Source of the DNA: Alphaproteobacteria bacterium
GTDB lineage: Bacteria; Pseudomonadota; Alphaproteobacteria; JASGCL01
Reading direction: 5' to 3'
DNA: 64,000 bases
Assembly: GCA_051010635.1 (NCBI GenBank)
Contig: JBPCVJ010000002.1
Location: 14,848-78,847 of the forward strand
Shown here: piece after piece, positions 19,210-32,235 of the stretch
How positions within the stretch are numbered: the first letter of the stretch is position 1
Layout: every line of letters starts with the position of its first letter
Translations under genes and position numbers: made by a program
Notes under the pieces: model-generated
Database searches by the model: none
Told to the model about the DNA's origin: nothing
Seen by the model: the letters and a program-made list of their open reading frames with translations, nothing else

Positions 19210-20081
19210 GATCTATTTTTATCCCATTGATATATCATATCAATCCCTTGGCGATAAGACGGGTATTGCAACTGCCAACCGATATTTTTTATTTTATCAT
19301 TTTTAACCCGTTTATTATCAGCAAAAAAACTCTGTGCCATAGATGACATGGTGTGTTTGGCATCGGCAAATTTTTCCAAAGCTGGCAATGGCAAACCAAG
19401 CAATTGAAAACCATAATCCACCACCAAGCGGGGATTGATGGGGGCATCATCAACCACATTGAACACCTCGCCTTTGATATTTTTTTCTATCAACAATGCG
19501 ATTGCCGTTGCAATATCAAAAACATGAATGCGACCAAAAACCTGCCCCGATTTTTCTATTCGCCTTGCCGTGCCATTTTTGATAGATTGCAAAATATTCT
19601 GCCCCATACCATCAAGCAAGGGTCCATAAATACCGCCCAAACGCAAAACCACCGCTTGATATCTAAGCCATGATTTTTCAGCCAGCCATCTTTGTTTGCT
19701 GCGTGTATGTTGGGGGTTGGGCAAGGTGGTTTCATCCACCCACGCACCACCATGGTCGCCATACACCCCCGTGGTTGAAAGATAAATAATATATTTTTGC
19801 CTTGCCCATTTTTCTACCACCATACCATAATGTTGTAAAAAAGCATCGCCATCATTATCGGGTTTGGCTGAAACCAACCATATATCACTATCTACCATGG
19901 CTTTCGCCAATCGGTCGGTAGCCATTTCAAGCGGGGTAATATTTTTTGCCTGTAATAATTTTTTTTTATCCTTATCACGCCAACTGGCAAAAAAACGCAA
20001 TTCATCTAACTTGCCTTTTGTTTGCCAATCATACCATAAACCATTGGCACAGAATCCAAAACCCAAACAGAGTATTTTCAT
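19206..20081 (-). CDS. NAD(P)-binding epimerase-like protein (atypical SDR)
   Basis: MKILCLGFGFCANGL is a degenerate Rossmann N-terminus, and YLSTTGVYGD is an extended-SDR-like core. ATGA overlap with the truA start. Confidence 0.55.
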   Translation of the reverse strand: MKILCLGFGFCANGLWYDWQTKGKLDELRFFASWRDKDKKKLLQAKNITPLEMATDRLAKAMVDSDIWLVSAKPDNDGDAFLQHYGMVVEKWARQKYIIYLSTTGVYGDHGGAWVDETTLPNPQHTRSKQRWLAEKSWLRYQAVVLRLGGIYGPLLDGMGQNILQSIKNGTARRIEKSGQVFGRIHVFDIATAIALLIEKNIKGEVFNVVDDAPINPRLVVDYGFQLLGLPLPALEKFADAKHTMSSMAQSFFADNKRVKNDKIKNIGWQLQYPSYRQGIDMIYQWDKNRS

Positions 20082-20320
20082 AGCTTAAATCTAGCATCGG
20101 CTGATAATAATTTTTTACCACACCGCACCACCACCAAAAGCGATAACGCGGTGCAAATATCTATTGTCATTCTTTTTGACCGATAGCGATCAATGGTATT
20201 TTTAGCCTTTGCTTCATAAAAAAATACCTAACCGAGAATCATAACAAAATCAACTGGCGACCTGAAACCCAAAGATAAGGCTTGACCCTCAACAGAATCC
20301 AACCTATCGATTACATTTGC

Positions 20321-23300
20321 ATGCCGCAAAGAAAAGATATTCACGCTGTATTTATTATTGGTGCAGGCCCCATCGTTATCGGTCAATCTACCGAATTTGA
20401 TTATTCTGGTAGCCAAGCCTGTAAAGCCTTAAAAAAAGCGGGGTATCGTATTGCCCTGGTTAATTCAAACCCCGCCACCATCATGACCGATCCTGCCCTT
20501 GCCGATGCCACCTATATCGAACCCATCACACCCGAGGTGGTGGCTGATATTTTGGCAAGAGAAAAAAAAATACATCCAAATGAAAAAATGGTTTTGCTAC
20601 CCACCATGGGGGGGCAGACCGCACTTAATACCGCCATGGCACTTTACAAAAATGGCACATTAAAACAACTTGATATTGAAATGATAGGGGCAAAACCACA
20701 AGCGATTGACAAAGCCGAAGACCGCGAACAATTTCGCCAAGCAATGAAAAATATTAACCTACCAAGCCCAAATGCTATGTTGATAAAAAATCAGGCAGAG
20801 GCAAAACTTGCTTTAGAAAAAATTGGTTTGCCATTGATTATCCGCCCAAGTTTTACACTTGGCGGGCGGGGTGGCGGCATTGCCTATAACCAACAAGAAT
20901 ATTTTGATAAGATCAATTATGGCTTACAAGAAAGTCATTTGGCAACCGATGGGCAAGGTTCGGTTTTGGTCGAACAATCGGTGTTGGGTTGGAAAGAATT
21001 TGAAATGGAGGTGGTGCGGGATAAAAAAAACAATGCGATTATTGTTTGTTCAATAGAAAATCTTGACCCAATGGGCGTGCATACCGGCGATTCAATTACC
21101 ATTGCCCCCGCCCTTACCTTAACCGACAAAGAATACCAAACGATGCGTCTTGCCAGTTTGAATGTGTTGCGTGAAATTGGTGTAGAAACTGGCGGGTCAA
21201 ATGTACAATTTGCTATCAATCCAAAAGATGGTGCGATGGTGGTGATAGAAATGAACCCACGGGTTTCACGCTCATCGGCGCTGGCATCAAAAGCCACTGG
21301 TTTTCCCATCGCATCGGTGGCGGCATTATTAGCAGTTGGTTATAGTTTAGATGAATTACCCAATGATATCACTGGCGGAAAAATTCCTGCCAGTTTTGAA
21401 CCTAGCTTGGACTATGTCGTCACCAAAATCCCGCGTTTTGCTTTTGAAAAATTTAAGGGTGCCGATGATACCCTCACCACCACCATGAAATCGGTTGGCG
21501 AGGTGATGGCTATTGGGCGTAATTTTAAGGAAAGTTTTCAAAAAGCCCTCGCCAGTTTAGAAACACCCAAAGCACTATTACAATTATTTTATCAACCTGA
21601 TAAACCATCGGAAGTTATTGATGTTGTTGATGGTGATACAATACTATCTTTCTTATCCACCCCAACCCACGAAAGAATTTATTATGTCGCCAGAGCCTTT
21701 GCTGTTGGTTATGGTATAGAAGAAATTTACAGACTAACCAACATAGACAAATGGTTTCTTTCACAAATAAAAGACATCATAAATATAGAAAAAAACAATC
21801 TCAAATTTAGAAAAAAAAATATTTTGCAAGGTCGCCCCGAACCCAAAATAGATATAACCGATATATTGCAAATGAAAAAACAAGGTTATAGCGATGCCAA
21901 TATCGCCCTGCAATTAAGAATGGATGAAGAAGCCATTCGCACAAAAAGAAAAAAATATGGCATTGTGCCAATATTTAAACGCATTGATTCTTGTGCTGGG
22001 GAATTCCCCTCCCCCACCCCTTATCTTTATTCTTGCTATGAAGGCAGTATAGTTAATCGTAAATATGAAAAGGGCGAAGATGAAGCCAACATCACCGATT
22101 CAAATAAAAAAATTATCATCTTGGGCGGCGGACCCAATCGCATCGGGCAGGGCATTGAATTTGATTATGCTTGTGTGCATGCCGCATATAGTTTGAAACA
22201 ACAAGGCTATGAAACCATCATGATCAATTGCAACCCCGAAACCGTATCCACCGATTATGATACTGCCGACCGATTATATTTTGAACCACTAACTGCCGAA
22301 CATGTTTTGAATATATTAGATAAAGAATCAGAAAAAGGCAAGATATTGGGGGTGATAGTGCAATATGGCGGGCAAACACCATTGAAATTGGCAGATGACA
22401 TCATCAAGGCTGGTTATAATATTTTAGGCACTGATTTCACATCAATCAGCAATAGCGAAAACCGCCAATATTTCAGCCGCATAATTGAAAAATTACAATT
22501 ACAACAACCGCCCAACCAAACCATTACCTTTGATAGAAATAAACCATTGGATGAATATTATAAAAAATTTGGCACCGATAGCAAAAAAAATAAAGAATCA
22601 TTATCTACATTGAAAAAACTATCTAATCAAGAGGATGATAAAATAAAAAAAAACATATTATCCGCTTGCCAAAAAATTGGTTTTCCCATCATCATCCGTC
22701 CATCAGAAGTCTTGGGCGGACGGGCAATGGAAATTATATATGATGAAACATCATTCAATGATGCTATTGGGAATTTTATTAGGGAGGTGATAGAATTATC
22801 GGCTAACGCCTCAATCCTGATTGATAAATATTTGAATGATGCCATAGAGGTTGATGTTGATGCGATCGCCGATATAGATGATGATGGCACGGGCGAAGTT
22901 TATGTGGCTGGCATTATGGAACATATTGAAGAAGCGGGGGTGCATTCGGGAGATTCGGCTTGTGCATTACCAACATTTTCTTTATCACCAAACATTTTAA
23001 CAAAATTGGAACAGCAAACAAAAATTTTAGGAAAAGCATTTCGTGTCAAGGGTTTGATGAATATTCAATTTGCTATCAAAGGCGAAGATATATTCATATT
23101 AGAAATGAATCCTCGTTCTAGCCGCACCGTGCCCTTCGTTGCCAAGGCAACCAATTACCCGCTGGCAGAAATGGGGGCTCGGGTTATGGCGGGTGAAAAA
23201 TTATCAAACTTGCCTTGCCCCAAACCATTGACGGCAATGACAGATTTGCCTTTTATATCGGTGAAGGAAGCGGTTTTTCCATTTGATCGTTTTATTAATT

Positions 23301-23887
23301 TTTCTAACAATAATGATACCAAAGGTGCATTGGTGGCATTAGGTCCTGAGATGCGTTCAACCGGTGAAGTGATGGGGATAAGCGAAACCTTACCAGCGGC
23401 TTTTGCCAAATCGCAATTGGCATCGGGTGCTGGTATCCCCTCGCCAAAAACAGCAAAAGGCAATATATTCATATCTATCAAAGATAGCGACAAAAAAATG
23501 GTTTTGCCGCTTGCCAAAAAATTACAACAGGCGGGGTTTCATATTCTTGCCACCCATGGCACCGCCAATTATTTTGAAAAAAATAACATCAGCGGTATCA
23601 CCAAAATAGATAAATTGAGTCAAAAAAATATCCAACAACCATCAATCAAAGAATTATTACTAACAAAAAAAATTGCTATGGTATTTAACACCATGGAGGG
23701 GGGGGTAAGCCGTGGCGATGCCAAAACCATCCGTGCCCTTGCGGTTAAGAATCACATACCCAATTTCACCACCACCCGTGCTATGCAACAAGTTGTCAAT
23801 GCCATCAGCCATAGTGAAGAAAAAAATGAACCCTTAAGCCTACAAGAATGGCATAAAAAAATTCCCAAAACCACAACAAAAAAATAA
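20321..23887 (+). CDS. carB: Carbamoyl-phosphate synthase large subunit
   Basis: [30 protein letters not shown] is the canonical CarB start, and two ATP-grasp halves and an MGS-like C-terminus are present. About 120 aa longer than typical because of low-complexity insertions (e.g. ..[39 protein letters not shown]..) and a Lys-rich tail. Confidence 0.95.
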   Translation: MPQRKDIHAVFIIGAGPIVIGQSTEFDYSGSQACKALKKAGYRIALVNSNPATIMTDPALADATYIEPITPEVVADILAREKKIHPNEKMVLLPTMGGQTALNTAMALYKNGTLKQLDIEMIGAKPQAIDKAEDREQFRQAMKNINLPSPNAMLIKNQAEAKLALEKIGLPLIIRPSFTLGGRGGGIAYNQQEYFDKINYGLQESHLATDGQGSVLVEQSVLGWKEFEMEVVRDKKNNAIIVCSIENLDPMGVHTGDSITIAPALTLTDKEYQTMRLASLNVLREIGVETGGSNVQFAINPKDGAMVVIEMNPRVSRSSALASKATGFPIASVAALLAVGYSLDELPNDITGGKIPASFEPSLDYVVTKIPRFAFEKFKGADDTLTTTMKSVGEVMAIGRNFKESFQKALASLETPKALLQLFYQPDKPSEVIDVVDGDTILSFLSTPTHERIYYVARAFAVGYGIEEIYRLTNIDKWFLSQIKDIINIEKNNLKFRKKNILQGRPEPKIDITDILQMKKQGYSDANIALQLRMDEEAIRTKRKKYGIVPIFKRIDSCAGEFPSPTPYLYSCYEGSIVNRKYEKGEDEANITDSNKKIIILGGGPNRIGQGIEFDYACVHAAYSLKQQGYETIMINCNPETVSTDYDTADRLYFEPLTAEHVLNILDKESEKGKILGVIVQYGGQTPLKLADDIIKAGYNILGTDFTSISNSENRQYFSRIIEKLQLQQPPNQTITFDRNKPLDEYYKKFGTDSKKNKESLSTLKKLSNQEDDKIKKNILSACQKIGFPIIIRPSEVLGGRAMEIIYDETSFNDAIGNFIREVIELSANASILIDKYLNDAIEVDVDAIADIDDDGTGEVYVAGIMEHIEEAGVHSGDSACALPTFSLSPNILTKLEQQTKILGKAFRVKGLMNIQFAIKGEDIFILEMNPRSSRTVPFVAKATNYPLAEMGARVMAGEKLSNLPCPKPLTAMTDLPFISVKEAVFPFDRFINFSNNNDTKGALVALGPEMRSTGEVMGISETLPAAFAKSQLASGAGIPSPKTAKGNIFISIKDSDKKMVLPLAKKLQQAGFHILATHGTANYFEKNNISGITKIDKLSQKNIQQPSIKELLLTKKIAMVFNTMEGGVSRGDAKTIRALAVKNHIPNFTTTRAMQQVVNAISHSEEKNEPLSLQEWHKKIPKTTTKK

Positions 23888-23929
23888 ACCATGATGGCAA
23901 TTTGAACAAGCCTATGCTATGACCGCAAA

Positions 23930-24733
23930 ATGAAATTTTTAATCACTGGTTTTCGTAGTTTTATCTCTTTGCTTGGCACGATAGGTCATACGCTATTGGC
24001 TATTATTGATTCGGCAGGTGCGGTTTGGTTATTTTTTATACGAGGTGTCTTAACAGGGATTTTTCCCCCCTATTACCCACGCTTATGGTTGGCACAGATG
24101 GCAGAAATTGGTTTTTATTCCTTACCAGTGGTTGGTTTAACCACTATCTTCAGCGGTATGGTGCTTGCTATACAAGCCATCGGTAGTTTAAGTGCCAGCC
24201 TAGCCCCCGTGGCGGTGCCAAATTTGGTGGTTTTTGCCATGACCAAAGAATTATCACCCGTGTTGGTGGGGTTGATGGTGGCAGGGCGTATCGGCTCTGC
24301 CATATCTGCCGAATTGGGCACGATGCGGGTAAGCGAACAGCTCGATGCCCTTCATACCCTCAATACCAATGTTTTTGCCTATTTGGTTTTTCCACGATTA
24401 TTGGCGGCCATGGTCATGTTGCCTTTGTTGGTATTGATCGGTGATGCTTTGGGTATTTTTGGTGGTTATATAATGGCGGTGCAACAATTAAAATTACCCA
24501 GCGATGTTTTTTTAAACAATGCTTGGCAAGCCATATCCTTGGTTGGTGTATTTGGTGGATTGATAAAGGCTTTTTGTTTTGGGTTGATCGTTGCCTTGAT
24601 GGGTTGTTATCATGGATATCATTGCACTGGCGGGGCTGAAGGGGTTGGCATTGCCACCACCCGTGCCGTGGTAAGCTCCTCTATCCTTATTCTGATAGCC
24701 AATTTTTTGGTAACCATCTGGTGGTATCAATAA
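23930..24733 (+). CDS. mlaE: Phospholipid ABC transporter permease MlaE
   Basis: 267-aa polytopic permease with the MlaE-family conserved segment (..SAELGTMRVSEQLDAL..). Confidence 0.8.
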   Translation: MKFLITGFRSFISLLGTIGHTLLAIIDSAGAVWLFFIRGVLTGIFPPYYPRLWLAQMAEIGFYSLPVVGLTTIFSGMVLAIQAIGSLSASLAPVAVPNLVVFAMTKELSPVLVGLMVAGRIGSAISAELGTMRVSEQLDALHTLNTNVFAYLVFPRLLAAMVMLPLLVLIGDALGIFGGYIMAVQQLKLPSDVFLNNAWQAISLVGVFGGLIKAFCFGLIVALMGCYHGYHCTGGAEGVGIATTRAVVSSSILILIANFLVTIWWYQ

Positions 24734-24741
24734 TAAAAATA

Positions 24742-25509
24742 ATGGCAAAACACATCCCTAATCCCAACCATCTTATCTCCGTCAATAATTTGTCGGTTAA
24801 GTTCGGTTCTAAACAAGTATTAAAAAACCTATATTTGCATTTGGATCAAGGCGAATCATTGGCAGTTATCGGTGCATCGGGTTCGGGAAAATCGGTGTTA
24901 TTCAAATCTATCTTGGGGCTATTGGAGGTGGCTTACCAAGGGCGTATTTCATTATTTGGCATTGAGCCAAGCCATGCCTCGCGCAGTAAATTAACCGAGG
25001 CTTTTAAAAAAATCGGTATGTTATTTCAATATGCGGCTTTGTTTGATTCCTTACCATTATGGCAAAATGTTGCCTTTCAATCCTATCAAACCAAACAATT
25101 AAATAAATCACAAGCCCGCCAGCAAGCCATTGAATTGATGCAACGGGTTGGGGTGGCCGCCGAAAATGCCGATTTGTTTCCTGCCGAAATTTCTGGTGGT
25201 ATGAAAAAACGGGTTGGTTTGGCACGCGCACTTTTTATGAAACCAACATTATTGTTTGTTGATGAACCCACCTCAGGGCTTGACCCATTGATGTGTCGGG
25301 TGATTGATGATTTGGTATTAGAAAATATCTTGGCTTATAATGCCACCGCCATCACCATCACCCACGACCTTGATACCGTAAAACGCACCGCCAGCCGAGT
25401 TGCCTTGCTCCACCACGGCACCATCGCTTGGCAAGGCACGCCCGATGATATGTTTCAATCGCCCGACCCAGTGGTCAGGGCATTTGTTGATGCAAGAAAA
25501 ATAACCTAA
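24742..25509 (+). CDS. mlaF: Phospholipid ABC transporter ATP-binding protein MlaF
   Basis: Walker A GASGSGKSV, ABC signature LSGGMKKRVGLARAL, Walker B LLFVDEPTSGLD. Start could alternatively be the upstream Met at 24721. Confidence 0.85.
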   Translation: MAKHIPNPNHLISVNNLSVKFGSKQVLKNLYLHLDQGESLAVIGASGSGKSVLFKSILGLLEVAYQGRISLFGIEPSHASRSKLTEAFKKIGMLFQYAALFDSLPLWQNVAFQSYQTKQLNKSQARQQAIELMQRVGVAAENADLFPAEISGGMKKRVGLARALFMKPTLLFVDEPTSGLDPLMCRVIDDLVLENILAYNATAITITHDLDTVKRTASRVALLHHGTIAWQGTPDDMFQSPDPVVRAFVDARKIT

Positions 25510-25577
25510 ATAAAATCCATTCTTAAAAAAAATCCCTTTTTGCAATCTTGGGGTATTTTTGATAGTCATATTTTACT

Positions 25578-27557
25578 ATGTCGCTGAAACAATTTTTTTC
25601 AGATGTTGATGGTCGCATCAGCCTTGCCAGCATTATTGAAAAAGATATGAAATTGACAAAGCGCGGGCGAGAATATGTTGGGCTTTGCCCTTTTCATCAT
25701 GAAAAAACCCCTTCCTTTACGGTGATTGAAGATAAAAAATTCTTTCATTGTTTTGGTTGTGGCAAAAGCGGGCGGGCGATTGATTGGCTGGTTGAAAAAC
25801 GCGGTCTATCTTTCAAAGAAGGTTTATTAACATTATCGCAATTATCTGGGGTGGCATTACCGAATTATAAAAAAACCTCAGCCAGCGAACAAAAAGGATA
25901 TGAGCGTGAAAACGAAGTCTATCCACTTATTATGGCGAATGTTAAACAATATTATCAAGACCATCTTTATAGCCAAGCGGGAAAACACGCACTTAATTAT
26001 TTGCAAGATCGCGGCCTTAAACAACCAACCATACAACATTTTGGTTTGGGATATTCGCCCGATGAATTTGATATAAACAATCTGTTGCAATACCTCACCA
26101 CCAAACTTAAGCAACATCATATCAGCGAGCAAGACCTTATCAAACTTGGGCTGGTGCGCACCACCCATGATCATCGCCAAAAAAAATTTTTATTATTTCG
26201 TGGCAGGGTTATGTTCCCCATCGAACAAAGACATGGCAATATCATCGGTTTTGGCGGTCGGTTTATGGGCGATGCCAGCAAACATAACACTGGCAAATAT
26301 ATCAATTCCCCTGATAGTGCATTATTCTCAAAAGGCAGTCATCTTTATAATTTTAACCATGCCTTGCAAGCCATAAAAAATATCAAAAGCAAAAAACCAC
26401 CCCTGTTGGTGGTGGAGGGCTATATGGATGTTATTGGTTTAACCAAGGCTGGCTTTCTATCAGCAGTGGCACCATTGGGCACGGCACTCACCGAGCAACA
26501 ATTACAACTTCTCTGGCGAATGACCAATATACCCATCATCGGCTTTGATGGCGACCAAGCGGGTATGATGGCGGCTTTTCGTGCGGCACGCCGTGCCTTG
26601 CCCCACCTGTCTAGCAACCAAACGCTGGAATTTGCTTTTATGCCAAATGGCGATGACCCCGATTCTCTGGTGCGGCGACTTGGGGTGGGTAGCTTGATGG
26701 CTGTGCTGTCTAAAAAAATACCACTTCACGAATTTTTATGGCAATGGGAATCGGCACAGGCTGATATAACCCGCCCTGAGGGCATATTGGGGCTTAAGCA
26801 AAACCTGATGAGCTATGCCCGCACCATTGCCAATCCATCGCTGGCAAAACTTTATCAAGATTTTTTTTATGACAAAATTTATCAAACAAAAAACACCCAC
26901 CGCCCATCGCCCACCCGATACCGCCCAAAGCCTGATGGTTATAATAGGTTTTCTCCCAAACCGCCCATCGCTGAAAAGATGGTTGCATTACCAAAAATGG
27001 ATGATTTGACTCTGTTGCCACCCCGTGCCATATTGGCAATTATTAGCCTTTACCCAATGATATACCAAGAATGGCAAAATCAAGGCTTGGAAAGTGGTTT
27101 TTATGATAAATTACAAGAAAAAAATACAAAAAAATCTATCAAAAAGCATCTTGACAATTACTTAAAAAAATTACATATCATTATGAAGGCATTACCCGAA
27201 AAAGACAAACCCAATTATAAAACCCCCAACCCTGAAGATGTATTATTGCAATGGCAAAATCAATTGAAAAATTTATTTTTGCAAGACAACAACGATTCCT
27301 TATGGTATGAGGTTTTTGATAAAAAATTGGGTATGTTTTACCAGCAAATTTTTGCCGGTGATGAAGGTGATGTTCAATACCTAATGAATGAATTAATCGA
27401 ATTGGAAGCCATTGGCACATTGAAAAAAGATTTTCAACACATCCTCTATCAATCACCTGCCAACACAGCCGAACAAAAAAAAATAGAATCTTTTCAAAAG
27501 GAAATTGAAAAAATGGAAAATTCTTTGCATCAGCGTTCATTAAAAACCGACCATTAA
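25578..27557 (+). CDS. dnaG: DNA primase
   Basis: Zinc-ribbon [23 protein letters not shown], then TOPRIM ([11 protein letters not shown] ... GFDGDQAG). Confidence 0.95.
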   Translation: MSLKQFFSDVDGRISLASIIEKDMKLTKRGREYVGLCPFHHEKTPSFTVIEDKKFFHCFGCGKSGRAIDWLVEKRGLSFKEGLLTLSQLSGVALPNYKKTSASEQKGYERENEVYPLIMANVKQYYQDHLYSQAGKHALNYLQDRGLKQPTIQHFGLGYSPDEFDINNLLQYLTTKLKQHHISEQDLIKLGLVRTTHDHRQKKFLLFRGRVMFPIEQRHGNIIGFGGRFMGDASKHNTGKYINSPDSALFSKGSHLYNFNHALQAIKNIKSKKPPLLVVEGYMDVIGLTKAGFLSAVAPLGTALTEQQLQLLWRMTNIPIIGFDGDQAGMMAAFRAARRALPHLSSNQTLEFAFMPNGDDPDSLVRRLGVGSLMAVLSKKIPLHEFLWQWESAQADITRPEGILGLKQNLMSYARTIANPSLAKLYQDFFYDKIYQTKNTHRPSPTRYRPKPDGYNRFSPKPPIAEKMVALPKMDDLTLLPPRAILAIISLYPMIYQEWQNQGLESGFYDKLQEKNTKKSIKKHLDNYLKKLHIIMKALPEKDKPNYKTPNPEDVLLQWQNQLKNLFLQDNNDSLWYEVFDKKLGMFYQQIFAGDEGDVQYLMNELIELEAIGTLKKDFQHILYQSPANTAEQKKIESFQKEIEKMENSLHQRSLKTDH

Positions 27558-27577
27558 GCCCTCATCAATATAACATC

Positions 27578-29800
27578 ATGAAAAATATTTTTACCAAAAA
27601 AACATTTTCCAACAAGAAAAAACACACCACTGCCAAGCCGAAAAAAACGATGGCCAAAATGCGTGCCAAACCCAAAACAAAAAAAGTTGCGGTAAAAAGG
27701 GTAGTTAAAAAAACAATGATAGGGGTGGCTAAGCAAAATTTATCAACCAAACAGGTGGTAGAAATTTCATGGAAAATAAGCAAAAAAACCAGCCGTATCA
27801 TCGCCAATAAAAAATTTGACCACAACATTGCCAATTTAAACAAATGGGATAAGCTTGACCGATCGGTCAATGCCGAAGATATTATACTGAATATTGATGA
27901 TAAAAATAGCGATAAAAAAACTGAATTAAGCAATCTTGATGCGGTAAAAAAACTCATCCATCGTGGTAAAAAACGCGACTTCATTACCTTTGATGAATTA
28001 AACAAGGTTTTGCCCGAAGGAAAATATAGTTCAGAGCAATATGAAGATTTGATGAGCGAATTATCTGAAATGGGTATTAAAATTTTAGATGATGATGACA
28101 AGGATGACGACAAAGATAGTAAAACCAAAGAAGACTCAAGCGATGAAAAATCTGTGGTAGCCGAGGGCGATGATATACCCACCAAGCCACAAGAAGAAAA
28201 AGAAGCAACCACTCGTTCGCGCGAAGGTGATCCAGTGCGTATGTATTTGCAAGATATGGGAACGGTGGATTTATTATCACGCGAGGGTGAAATTGCCATT
28301 GCCAAAAGAATAGAGGCAGGCAAAATAACAATGATGACCGCTTTATGTGAAAGCCCCTTGACTATGGAAGCGATTATAAAATTTCATGACCGATTGCTAG
28401 AAGGCAGTGGCGTGTTGTTGCGTGAAATCGTTGATTTGGATTTGAGTATCAATCAAGGCAACAGCGGCATCCCCGCCACTTTGGCTGAAGCCGAAGAGGT
28501 TGATTCTTTTTCATCGCATGGCGATGATGATAATAGCTCTTCTTTGACCCATAAGGAGCAATTGTTAAAACCAAAAATTCTAAAAATTTTTGATAGCATT
28601 GCCAGCAATTACCTACGCTTACGCCAACAACAACAAAAGATATTAGACGATATGGAAAATGGTGTTGCCACCAACCCTGCCACCAAAAAAACCTATGATA
28701 AATATCATCTTGAATTGGTTAATTTATTAAAATCACTCTATTTTAATCCCCGCAAAATCGAACAATGGATTAACGAACTTTATGTTTTAAAAAAAGAATT
28801 ATCATCTTATGAAGGGCCTATGTTACGCCTTGCCTTAGGTGCTGGGGTGCCACAAAAAGAATTTTTAGAAGCCATCCAAGGACAAGAATTAAACAAACGC
28901 TGGTTCACCGAGGTCAAAAAGAAATCCAAAGCTTGGAATGAATTTATTATCAAAAATAAAACCACCATTGAAAAATATCGCCAAAATATTATGCGCATTG
29001 TTATTCGCAATAATATGCCAGTGGCACAAATCAAAAAAATTTTTAATAATGTGCAACAGGGTGAGCGAGATTCGAATCGTGCCAAAAATGAAATGATTGA
29101 AGCCAACCTACGGCTTGTCATATCCATCGCAAAAAAATACACCAACCGTGGCTTGCAATTACTTGATTTGGTGCAAGAGGGTAATATCGGCTTGATGAAA
29201 GCGGTGGATAAATTTGAATATCGCCGTGGCTATAAATTTTCAACATATGCCACATGGTGGATCCGCCAAGCCATCACCCGCTCAATAGCCGACCAAGCCC
29301 GCACCATTCGTATCCCCGTGCATATGATAGAAACCATCAATAAAATTTTGCGTTGCTCACGGCAATTAAAACATGAATATAGCCGTGAACCAACCCCTAT
29401 AGAAATTGCTAACAAACTTTCTATGCCACTTGATAGGGTGCAAAAAGTTTTGAATATCGCAAAAGAACCTATCAGTTTAGAAACCCCAGTGGGCGATGAA
29501 GATGATTCCAGACTTGGTGATTTTATTGATGACAAGGCGGCTATCCAACCGCTGGAGGCATCTATCCACGCCAATTTAAAAGATACCACCACCAAAGTCT
29601 TGGCAGGTTTAACCGCACGCGAAGAGCGGGTATTGAGGATGCGTTTTGGCATCGGTATGAATCGCGACCACACACTGGAAGAGGTCGGGCATCAATTTAA
29701 TGTCACCCGTGAAAGAATAAGGCAGATAGAGGCTAAGGCTTTAAGAAAATTAAAACACCCCAAACGGTCAAAAAAACTTCGCACCTTTATTGACCAATAG
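27578..29800 (+). CDS. rpoD: RNA polymerase sigma-70 factor
   Basis: Region 2 [38 protein letters not shown], region 4 [25 protein letters not shown], acidic region 1.1/NCR. Sits immediately after dnaG, the classic operon order. Confidence 0.95.
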   Translation: MKNIFTKKTFSNKKKHTTAKPKKTMAKMRAKPKTKKVAVKRVVKKTMIGVAKQNLSTKQVVEISWKISKKTSRIIANKKFDHNIANLNKWDKLDRSVNAEDIILNIDDKNSDKKTELSNLDAVKKLIHRGKKRDFITFDELNKVLPEGKYSSEQYEDLMSELSEMGIKILDDDDKDDDKDSKTKEDSSDEKSVVAEGDDIPTKPQEEKEATTRSREGDPVRMYLQDMGTVDLLSREGEIAIAKRIEAGKITMMTALCESPLTMEAIIKFHDRLLEGSGVLLREIVDLDLSINQGNSGIPATLAEAEEVDSFSSHGDDDNSSSLTHKEQLLKPKILKIFDSIASNYLRLRQQQQKILDDMENGVATNPATKKTYDKYHLELVNLLKSLYFNPRKIEQWINELYVLKKELSSYEGPMLRLALGAGVPQKEFLEAIQGQELNKRWFTEVKKKSKAWNEFIIKNKTTIEKYRQNIMRIVIRNNMPVAQIKKIFNNVQQGERDSNRAKNEMIEANLRLVISIAKKYTNRGLQLLDLVQEGNIGLMKAVDKFEYRRGYKFSTYATWWIRQAITRSIADQARTIRIPVHMIETINKILRCSRQLKHEYSREPTPIEIANKLSMPLDRVQKVLNIAKEPISLETPVGDEDDSRLGDFIDDKAAIQPLEASIHANLKDTTTKVLAGLTAREERVLRMRFGIGMNRDHTLEEVGHQFNVTRERIRQIEAKALRKLKHPKRSKKLRTFIDQ

Positions 29801-29854
29801 TTTTTTTATTGGCATGAATTTTTTTTTCATCGCAATATGTTTTAAAAAAATATC

Positions 29855-30757
29855 ATGCCCCACCAAACCCCAAACCCCAGCCGACCGCAAGATTATTTTC
29901 GCTTGCTAAAACCTCGTGTCATGTCGCTGGTGGTTTTTTCAAGTCTGGTCGGGCTGATGATGGCAAAATCTATGGCAGATAATCACCAACATCATTGGGT
30001 GATAGACCTGTTGGCTATTATGTTTATTGCCATGGGGGCAGGTGCAGCGGGGGCGTTAAATATGTGGGTTGATAAGGATATAGATGGCAAAATGTTCCGC
30101 ACCATGAATCGCCCCTTGCCACAAAAAATTATCAGTAGCGATAATGCACTCACCTTTGGTTTATTGTTTGCTATATTTTCGGTTTTATTATTAGGTTTTA
30201 CCACCAATTATCTGGCGGCTGGTTTATTGGCTTTAACCATATTTTATTATGTTGTCATCTATAGTGTGATATTAAAAAAACGCCATATTTACAATGTGGT
30301 GATAGGCGGGGTGGCAGGGGCGTTGCCACCCGTTATCGGTTTTGTTACCATATTACCACAATTCTATTGGCAGGCTTGGTTATTATTTTTTATCATTTTT
30401 TTTTGGACCCCACCCCATTCATGGGCATTAGCCATTTTTCGCAATAAAGATTACAAACGCGCCAATATAAAAATGTTACCTGCGGTTTTAGGATTCAAAA
30501 ACACCGCCTATCAAATGGTGGGGTATAGTTTTTGCCTGCTATTAACATCGCTATTATTTTTTGTCAGCGATCTTACCAGCGATCTAGTAAATTATCTATT
30601 GTTATCACTCACCATGTGGTTTTTTTTATTATCTTTGCAATTTTTATTTTTACACCAAGACAAACAAAAATTTACCCTAGTAGCAAAAAAATTCTTTTAT
30701 TATTCAATTTTTTATCTTTTTTTCTTTTTATTGGCAATTATGATTGATATTTGGTAA
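29855..30757 (+). CDS. ctaB: Protoheme IX farnesyltransferase (heme O synthase)
   Basis: UbiA-family enzyme with the CtaB/CyoE N-terminus YFRLLKPRVMSLVVFSSLVGLMMA and Asp-rich motifs; 300 aa. Confidence 0.9.
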   Translation: MPHQTPNPSRPQDYFRLLKPRVMSLVVFSSLVGLMMAKSMADNHQHHWVIDLLAIMFIAMGAGAAGALNMWVDKDIDGKMFRTMNRPLPQKIISSDNALTFGLLFAIFSVLLLGFTTNYLAAGLLALTIFYYVVIYSVILKKRHIYNVVIGGVAGALPPVIGFVTILPQFYWQAWLLFFIIFFWTPPHSWALAIFRNKDYKRANIKMLPAVLGFKNTAYQMVGYSFCLLLTSLLFFVSDLTSDLVNYLLLSLTMWFFLLSLQFLFLHQDKQKFTLVAKKFFYYSIFYLFFFLLAIMIDIW

Positions 30758-30769
30758 AAGAATAATGAC

Positions 30770-30958
30770 ATGAAAAAATCTACCTTGCCAAAAAAATCTT
30801 ATCGCCAAAATCACCATGTGGTCAAACCCCGCCCCAATGGCAATTTGCGACAAAAAAATTTGGTGGTGGCACTTTTGGTATTGGCATTGGCAGGGTTGTT
30901 TTTTTTCATCACCTTGATAAGATTAAAAACAGGTGCAGACTTGCTTGGGTTAATCTAA
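30770..30958 (+). CDS. Small single-TM protein between ctaB and downstream genes (62 aa)
   Basis: Basic N-terminus plus one TM (LVVALLVLALAGLFFFITLI). Small ORFs occupy this position in several alphaproteobacterial cta clusters. No motif. Confidence 0.35.
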   Translation: MKKSTLPKKSYRQNHHVVKPRPNGNLRQKNLVVALLVLALAGLFFFITLIRLKTGADLLGLI

Positions 30959-30975
30959 AATAAAAAAATTCATCG

Positions 30976-32235
30976 ATGCCGTCATCGCCCACCAGAATGT
31001 TATCGGCAAACAAACATCATTCGCCATTTTTTCAGGGCGCCTTCTTATGGTTGAGTATTGCACTCTTCACATCCTATTTATCGGCAACCTATGGGTTTGG
31101 TGTTTGGTTGTTCCCAGCCATTGCCCCTGAAATAATGAAAACGATAGATTTTTCCTATCAACAAATGGGTATTGCCACCGCTTCTGCACAGATGGCTTTT
31201 TTCATCTTCGCCATTGCCAGTGGTTATATCACCAATTGGATCGGTGAGTTACGCCTATCACGCATTGGGGTATTAATAGCTTTTTTATCGCTGGGTGGCT
31301 TGATAATAGCAAAAGATTTTTGGCTGATAAGTATTTTTTTGGTGCTATTGGGGGGGTCGGCGGCGGTGGTGTGGATACCGATGGTCATGGTAGCAAAACA
31401 ATTTTTTCCCAAAAAACATCGCGGCAAAGCCTTGGTGATTATTTCATCAGGTCCAAGTTATGGTATTTTTATCAATAGTATTTTAATCCATTATTTGTTG
31501 GATAATTTTGGTTGGCGGTCATTATGGTTGGCAACATGTCTTATCGCATTTTTTATCTATCTATTATCGCTGGTTATGTTTCGCCAAGTAATAAAATCAT
31601 CAGCCATAAAAAATAAAAAAACCATAGCAACACAAAAATCACCTTCCATCATCGCCGCGCTTAAATCACAACCACGCAATATGACCCTGATTATTATTTT
31701 TATGTTATTCTTAAATGGCTTAACCTGTCTGCCCTATCTAACCTATCTATCCTCATGGTTGGTGGATGAAAAAAATTTTGATATCAAACAAACTGCCGAC
31801 CTATGGCGTATCTTAAGTATGGTCGGTATGGCAAGTGGTATTTTGATGGCATTGCTGACGGATAAAATATCCATCAAACGCACCCTTATCTTAACCTATA
31901 TTATATTATCGCTGTCGCTGATATGCCTCATCGCAACCAGCGGGGGCATGATGTTATTACCCTATCTATCGGTCATCTTATTTAGCTTATCTTTTTATCC
32001 TATCTATGGGTTGGTGCCAGCCTATATCACCCGCATCTACCATAAAAACCATGCTACGGTATTTTTTTCTTTTGGCAATATAGCACTTGGTATGGGTGCT
32101 TTTCTTGGCAATGGAGCAGGTGGTATATTAAAAGATATGTCTGGAACTTTTTTACCCATCTATATGATTATATTATTAGGTGCGTTGCTTTCTATCTTGC
32201 TTGGTGTTATGATGAAAAATGAACAACGCATATAA
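30976..32235 (+). CDS. MFS transporter
   Basis: 419 aa with 12 predicted TM segments and an MFS-like loop 2-3 motif (..FFPKKHRGKALVI..). Inserted between ctaB and ctaG. Confidence 0.65.
   Translation: MPSSPTRMLSANKHHSPFFQGAFLWLSIALFTSYLSATYGFGVWLFPAIAPEIMKTIDFSYQQMGIATASAQMAFFIFAIASGYITNWIGELRLSRIGVLIAFLSLGGLIIAKDFWLISIFLVLLGGSAAVVWIPMVMVAKQFFPKKHRGKALVIISSGPSYGIFINSILIHYLLDNFGWRSLWLATCLIAFFIYLLSLVMFRQVIKSSAIKNKKTIATQKSPSIIAALKSQPRNMTLIIIFMLFLNGLTCLPYLTYLSSWLVDEKNFDIKQTADLWRILSMVGMASGILMALLTDKISIKRTLILTYIILSLSLICLIATSGGMMLLPYLSVILFSLSFYPIYGLVPAYITRIYHKNHATVFFSFGNIALGMGAFLGNGAGGILKDMSGTFLPIYMIILLGALLSILLGVMMKNEQRI

Noticed and set aside
20082-20320. Inverted repeat (caccgc ... gcggtg) in the divergent intergenic region upstream of carB as a candidate sRNA or regulatory hairpin
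   Set aside because: The stem is only 6 bp with a 22-nt loop and lacks a U-tract. It is more likely a chance palindrome within a promoter region.
27565-28323. 252-aa minus-strand ORF (Ser/Leu-rich, low complexity) antisense to rpoD
   Set aside because: It lies entirely within the strongly supported rpoD coding region. Its composition is the mirror of the acidic/Lys-rich rpoD segment, the usual antisense-ORF artefact.
29800-29855. Possible terminator hairpin after rpoD (gcatgaa-T9-catcgc)
   Set aside because: The arms are not actually complementary; it is only a poly-T run.
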